A stretch of 63,823 nucleotides of DNA, counting the filler, from Collodictyon triciliatum (lineage: Eukaryota), in assembly GCA_043381765.1 (NCBI GenBank). It is 11 parts of 11 records of this genome, joined end to end, with 100 filler letters (N's around TTAATTAATTAA, not from the genome) between each part and the next. Parts side by side here need not be neighbours in the genome. Positions count along the whole stretch, not along the records: positions 54,109 to 60,178 come from JBHJMP010004733.1; positions 60,279 to 63,823 come from JBHJMP010004750.1; 9 more parts are not named here. The stretch is one strand, 5' to 3'. Shown piece by piece: positions 57,745 to 63,823 of the stretch (its first letter is position 1; every line of letters starts with the position of its first letter). Below the pieces are notes generated by a model. The model saw only the letters and a list, made by a program, of their open reading frames with translations. It was not told the DNA's origin and did not search any database. The position numbers were made by a program, and so were the translations under genes.

Positions 57745-60044
57745 CTATGATTTCTTTCCGGCGTTCAGGTATGGCAGTGGCTTCGGATCAGTTCGGCCGA
57801 AGAGGACAAGCGCTAGTTTTTCGCACACAAACGCACCGAAAAAGTCGAGAGAGAGGCGATACAAGATTTCCTCACGGAACTGTGGCGGTGAATATGATTT
57901 AGGGAGAGTGTACAGTGGGGGATGAAGATATAAGCGTTCCCCCATGGATTGAATGTTGATGAACACACCTGGTCGTTGGGATACGGAACCAATGAAAGGA
58001 GCTCCATGATGTCTGTGCTCATATTGGATGCGGCGAGGACGGTGACTAGCCCTGTTCCGACTATCGTGTAGAACATAGGTGGGTTCTCTTGGATGCTTTT
58101 CATGAAGGGGCGGCCCTGTCATTCATGGCAATAATAATTGTTTAAATAGCATATGTAGTCCAGTCGATTTTTTTTTTATCCATCTTACTCTGTAATTGAT
58201 GGCGAAGGTGGAGACTTGCATCGTCATGGAAACCAAAAATACACATGTATTCATGATGTTTGGTTTAAATTCATCTTCAGGTTTCGATTGGAAGTCCCTA
58301 TTTATGGATGAATTTTGATACCAATATTTAAAATAAAAATGAGAGTAAAAACAAAAACAATAGTTGTCTTGTAGGTGAGCGCAGATAAATGATATTGTAT
58401 CAAGATATTTGTAATAATAGAAGTAAAGGGAAGAAGGGGAAAAAAAGGCAAGGGGTGCAGGACAAATGGGGTATGTGTTAATTTACTGTTATCATTATTA
58501 TTCTGAGAGACAATTTTACCCGAGATGGATTCGAGCAAGTTCTACAATTGAGATCAAAGTGTAGAGGTGGAGACCGAACTGTAACATAATCGACGATAGC
58601 ACGTATGCATTGAAAATGTTTGGTGTAGGACGTTCACGGGAAAGTTTCTCTGCTGGCTATGATTTAATATTGATTTCATAATTAGGATAATATAAAAGTG
58701 ACATATCAAAGTAATAAAAAAAAAAACATCATTTAATAATGTAATTCATTTATTTTATTCTATCTTAAGAATGGTCACATTTTTTGAATCAATGCTCATA
58801 AATGATGGGTGGTATATATGTACCTGTGCCCGAGACAAAAACATGAAACACATCGCAATCATCATCCCAGCAAAGGTCGCTTGGCTGATTTACATAGATG
58901 CACAAAACATTATATGAATAATTGCATGGTAGACTAGCTTTCTTCAATCTCGGCTCTTTTATTTATCTCAACTATCTTATACCTATCACCAAGCTTTACA
59001 CCATCCAGATTCAAAACACTCATTGTGTAGGCAGATATCAAACAGTTCAGAGCCAGGATTTTGTACATTTCCAAAGTAGTAACAAGAGTACAACGTCCTT
59101 GACGAATGATATGAGCACCTGTGATAAATTCAGTATCAAATTATGTAAAAAAAAAAAAAAAATTAAGGCAGGAGGAAAGGAGAAATATAATAAACAAGAA
59201 ACAAGAAACAAGAAACAAGAAACAAGAAACAAGAAACAAGAAACAAGAAACAAGAAACAAGAAACAAGAAAATAATAATTAAATCGTACACGATGAAATC
59301 GAAACGGTTTTCGCGATGAAAGGGGATGCAATCGAGGCATCTCCCAAGCGTACGACAGAGGATTCATCCATCTCACTCATCATATCGAGAGCTTTCTTCA
59401 TATTTTCTGCAGCAGATGGTTTTGCGCCAGATAAATTCGAGGATATCCCGCGCTTATCTCCTGTTTGGTTGCTCGTGCTTGCGACCTGAGTCCCTGGAGC
59501 TGCGTTACTTCGAGCCCGAGCTTGTTGGGCTTGCATCTATGGAACAAAGTATGCTGTTATTATATCATTGCTATTTACTTCTGTCTTAATCTAAAAATGC
59601 TCGTAATTCTCAACATATGTTCATATTCAGAAAACAGATTTTGAGTCATTTTTGTGTTCATGAGTATCAAAAAGTGATGTGGTTAGAGTAGTTCATGACG
59701 ACATAATATGAAGGAATATTTTTAATTTCTTGTTGCTCTAATTATGTGTATATATAAAAATATACATATACATACCTCTGCAATTCTTTGTTGCATCGTC
59801 ATCTGGGGCTTTCGTTGGGGCTGTTTGAATGGTTTATTGAGAAGCGCAATTCCTAAAAACAAACACATATCCTGGTTATTTATCCCATTTAAATATTCTA
59901 CAGGTACCACCAAACTTTTCCAACTTTAATAAATAAGTAAACACCTATATGTGCTTGCTTCAGAGCCCCGACATCATTTGTTCCATCACCACACATAAGT
60001 GTGTGAAATCCGAGGTCTTTGAGTCCTTTCAAAACAAATTCCTA
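57745..60044 (-). CDS. ATP13A1: P5A-type ATPase (Spf1/ATP13A1), C-terminal part; 5'-truncated
   Basis: [34 protein letters not shown] and [29 protein letters not shown]. Confidence 0.93.
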
Positions 60045-60083
60045 GTAAAAGAGGGATTCAATAATTTATTTTGGATGCCTTTT

Positions 60084-60177
<94 letters not shown>

Positions 60178-60516
60178 CNNNNNNNNNNNNNNNNNNNNNN
60201 NNNNNNNNNNNNNNNNNNNNNNTTAATTAATTAANNNNNNNNNNNNNNNNNNNNNNNNNNNNNNNNNNNNNNNNNNNNAACAAAAAACAACAAAAAACAA
60301 CAAAAAACAACAAAAAACAACAAAAAACAACAAAAAACAACAAAAAACAACAAAAAACAACAAAAAACAACAAAAAAACAACAAAAAACAAAGCACACGA
60401 ATAAAAGGCACGAAAAGAGCATCACCCTCTGACCCCATCGCAAAACTGCTTGCTTTCTCCACCTGCTTTAACGAGTCTTCGCCAGCAAGAAAAAAAAAAA
60501 AGAAAAGCGATCAAGG

Positions 60517-62569
60517 ATGGGAAACAAACTCTCAGCAGAGCAAAAAGAGCAGCTGCTCCATATCCTCCGCCTGTCCCCGTACCACGAGCCCCACGATGAG
60601 CCCTTGATCTACAGCACACAACTTGCGCTCTGCGATGATGCACTCTCAGCGCTCCCGGCCGGAGTCACGCTCATGACCGATCTGCGGGAGCTGATTGCGT
60701 ATCAGAATCAGTTGAGTAGTCTGCCCACTCAGTTTACTCGACTCAGTCTCCTCTCAAAGCTCTCTCTTGGAAGTAACCATTTCCGCTCGCTTCCGCCGGA
60801 GTTGTTGTCGCTTTCACACCTTGCTTGGCTCTCCATATATGACAACCCCGTGAGTTACCTTGAAAGACAAACAAGATTCCAGATGTGATGATATGTAAAC
60901 GAGAAAAATGGACTTCTGTTATCTCATTTAAATCATTCTATTTGATAACTAAATAAAAAAAAACTAAATAAGTAAAAAGAAAAAGAAAAGAAAGAGTAAG
61001 TAAATGCTGACTATTAGATTGAAAGCTTACCTATCTGGTTGACGGCATTGACGAAACTCAGCTTCTTGCTCATACAAAGTAAAGAGGATAATATCGTAAT
61101 CAAAAGGGCACCCAGGGGCATCACAGCACTCCCATGTTGGACCAATACCGAAACATATGGAAAGATGACAAACGCAGAAGCCTTGAGGACACTCATCCTA
61201 TACGATGAGGACAGACCAGTTAGTCCTGATATCACGGTAAGAGCTTCATCAAGTTCAACCGCATCGTTGGACATGAATGTTCGCCTACAATTCCAATTTT
61301 CCACAAAAAAAAAAAATTATTGCCCCGTATATTTACATACACACACTTGAAAATACATACACTTGTTCACATATTTCCAAATAACATTGGGAAACATATT
61401 CATAGAGAGCGACATCCTTTCCAACTCCCTCAAGCCCTACGCCCAACCACCACGAAACGCTCTCTACAAAGCCCCACAATCCACAGCGGTCCTTTACTAA
61501 TACGCCCTACGCAGACATACTCACTACAGCATTTGAAAGCGCAGAAAACTATCTGGACAAAGGTGGCTTTGGGGTCGTATACAAAGTGTCGCTAAAAGCG
61601 GGCACATTCGCGGTCAAAGTCGTCCGTGACGTATCATTTGGGAAGAATCCAGACGAACCAGACCCCCACAAAGAAGGAGACCTGATGATGGCCCTGAGCC
61701 ACCCAAATGTCCTTAGACTATTTTCATTCGGGAATCGCGGACATGACATGATATTCATCATGGAACTGGCTGATGGTGGAAGTTTGCGCTCCTTGATCAA
61801 TAAAAGCAGGGCGCTGCAGAGACAGCAGGTTCTAGGCTTCGCCATGGACATCATCAAAGGGCTCAAATACCTGGACGACTTTGGGATGCAGCACCGCGAC
61901 ATCAAAACCGACAACATCCTCATCTCCAAGGGGATCGCCAAGCTGTCAGACTTTGGTCTGGCCAAGAGTGGCGTTTCTGTCAACTCTGCGAGCGCATTCA
62001 AAGGTTCGCATCAGTGGGCACCACCGGAGGTCTACGAACTGGGCAAGAGCCAAGGCATTCCCAGCGACATCTTCTCGTACGGCTTGGTCGTGTGGTCCAT
62101 GATGACTGGGCAGTATCCAAACGACGGGAAAACCTTTGCAGAAGTGGGTTCGGACTTGCTACACAGGCGCTTTCTTCCTCTGCCGCCAGACTGCCCCGCG
62201 TTTCTGGCTTGGCTGATGCACCAATGCTGGGAGTACGACTTCACCAAGCGCATTTCGGCCGCTGAGATTAGCACAGCTCTCATGCGAGTCATCGAAAACC
62301 CGCACTATGTCCCAGCATCAAAGTCGCACATCCCCGGAGTCTCGCATACAGGGGCGATTCGAGATATGGACAATACTCAGCTGGTGGCGTACTTGAGAGG
62401 GAAGAATCTGAGCGAAGCTGTTTTGCAGGTCTTTTCAGCCTCCGGTGTTGCTGGCATTGAGTTTGTGGAGATGGACGAGGAGGATTTGTGTAGTCCGCCT
62501 TTCGCGCTGGCAAAGTTCCAGGCAAAGGCCTTGGCTAAGATCATTCGGGAGGACATGACTTCTGTGTAG
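60517..62569 (+). CDS. LRR + TKL-type protein kinase + SAM-like domain; exons 60517-60849, 61018-61237, 61406-62569
   Basis: MGNKLS start; LRRs (NQLSSLPTQFTRLSLLSKLSLGSNHFRSLP); kinase motifs KGGFGVVY, FAVK, HRDIKTDN, DFG, SDIFSYG; C-terminal MDNTQLVAYL..GVAGIEFVEMDEEDL SAM-like pattern. Confidence 0.88.
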
Positions 62570-63109
62570 ATGATTGTGATTTTTGTGCGGGACAGACGAG
62601 CGGCAAGGCTTCTAATTGCTTGCTATTCTGGTTCTTTATTCAATTATTTTTTTTATTTTTAATTCTTATTCTGCCCGCCTTTTGAACGTGATTAAATAAA
62701 TATAAATAAATATTAATCCTCCGTCAAGAACGAAGCCTTCATATTTTTTTCTTTTTCTCGTTGTTTGTCGCGGTGCTCGAAGAATCTTCAAGAAAAGGCA
62801 TTCACAAACCGCTCCGTGTTTAATTGAGAGAAAAGAGGTTTCAGTCTATTCTTCGTTTATTGCCGGTTTGAAACATCAACTTTGCTGACAAAACCCAGAC
62901 TGCTACAAATCCTCACGAAGCGTTCAGCACAAAGCCATAGCCAGCGCAAAAGCTGCTTCTCTATCCATCCCTATTCATAAATATATATACTATAGAATGA
63001 AAAAGAAAAAAAAACCAAGTGCTCATTTGCGTGATGAAAGAAAGGAAAAAAAAAACATAATATATAGGAAGGGCAAAGTCTCGGTGGCTTTGGAGTTGCG
63101 GGCAAAGCG

Positions 63110-63561
63110 ATGAAAGAGATTCCGGGCCTCCTGATCCTCGGGCTGCTTCTCTTTGCTGTCCAGCTCAACATACTCAGCATGTTTGTCTGCCAGTCACCAG
63201 ATCACTCGGCAACAGGTCCGGCAGCATATTTTCCAAGCATAATCAACACAGACAATAGCGGACTAGTAAAAAGATAAAAAAAAATATAATGAAAATAAGA
63301 AAAATAATAATAATAGAATTGTCAGAGTTTTGATAAGGATGCGAGTCAATACTGATGACATCATATTAGCCCCGCTACTCAGCACCAACATCCAGCAGCA
63401 GAAGGCACAAAGTGGCAACAAAAAATGGCCCAGATTTAATCCTGACAAAGACTGCCACGTCATTGAAGGAACAAGCCAGTGTGCTCCGAGACTTTTTATC
63501 ATCGGGACGCCAAAGGGAGGGACAACCACACTGTTCCGTTATCTGAAGATGCATCCGCAGG
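63110..63561 (+). CDS. Type II membrane sulfotransferase (heparan-sulfate O-sulfotransferase/Kil1-like), 5' part
   Basis: N-terminal TM LLILGLLLFAVQLNIL, then the PAPS-binding motif PRLFIIGTPKGGTTTLFRYLKMHPQ ending at a GT donor. Confidence 0.8.
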
Positions 63562-63729
63562 TTTGCTCATAGCACTTGATGATTCTTTCTTTCAGTTTTC
63601 ATAACCGAATATTTCTTATGTTCCATGCTAATCACATTCTGGTCACGAATAATAAGCTGACATATCCATTACGTATCTGTTTCTTTTATCTCATATTTTG
63701 CATCAAAAAATCAAATAAAATGAAAATAA

Positions 63730-63823
63730 GTATGTATGTATGTATGTATGTATGTATGTATGTATGTATGTATGTATGTATGTATGTATGTATGTATGTA
63801 TGTATGTATGTATGTATGTATGT
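63730..63823. repeat. (TATG)n intronic microsatellite
   Basis: Directly visible. Confidence 0.95.

Overview
Intron-rich, microsatellite-rich eukaryotic (probably protist) nuclear DNA, with no recognisable RNA genes, CRISPR arrays or intact transposons. The window is not one locus. Ten 100-nt N44-TTAATTAATTAA-N44 linkers join roughly size-sorted contigs of about 6.07-6.10 kb, so gene order across linkers is meaningless. Genes reconstructed by manual GT-AG splicing: a CYTH/thiamine-triphosphatase-like gene, COQ10, a carnitine acyltransferase-family gene lacking its catalytic His, a MAGE/NSE3-like gene, an SPX + succinylglutamate desuccinylase/aspartoacylase (M14) fusion, an acidic protein ending in a Tc1-type double HTH, a tandem DCX + Btk-type zinc-finger protein, CTU2, a large RPA70N-like OB-fold protein, two LRR proteins, ABCC and ABCB transporters, SPC24 with a U12-type intron, a RING/TRAF-zinc-finger protein, a P5A-ATPase, an LRR-kinase-SAM protein and a membrane sulfotransferase. 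The best novelty candidate is the 520-aa SPX-M14 fusion, a possible inositol-pyrophosphate/phosphate-regulated amidohydrolase. All gene models are hand-spliced and unverified by any database search or transcript data.
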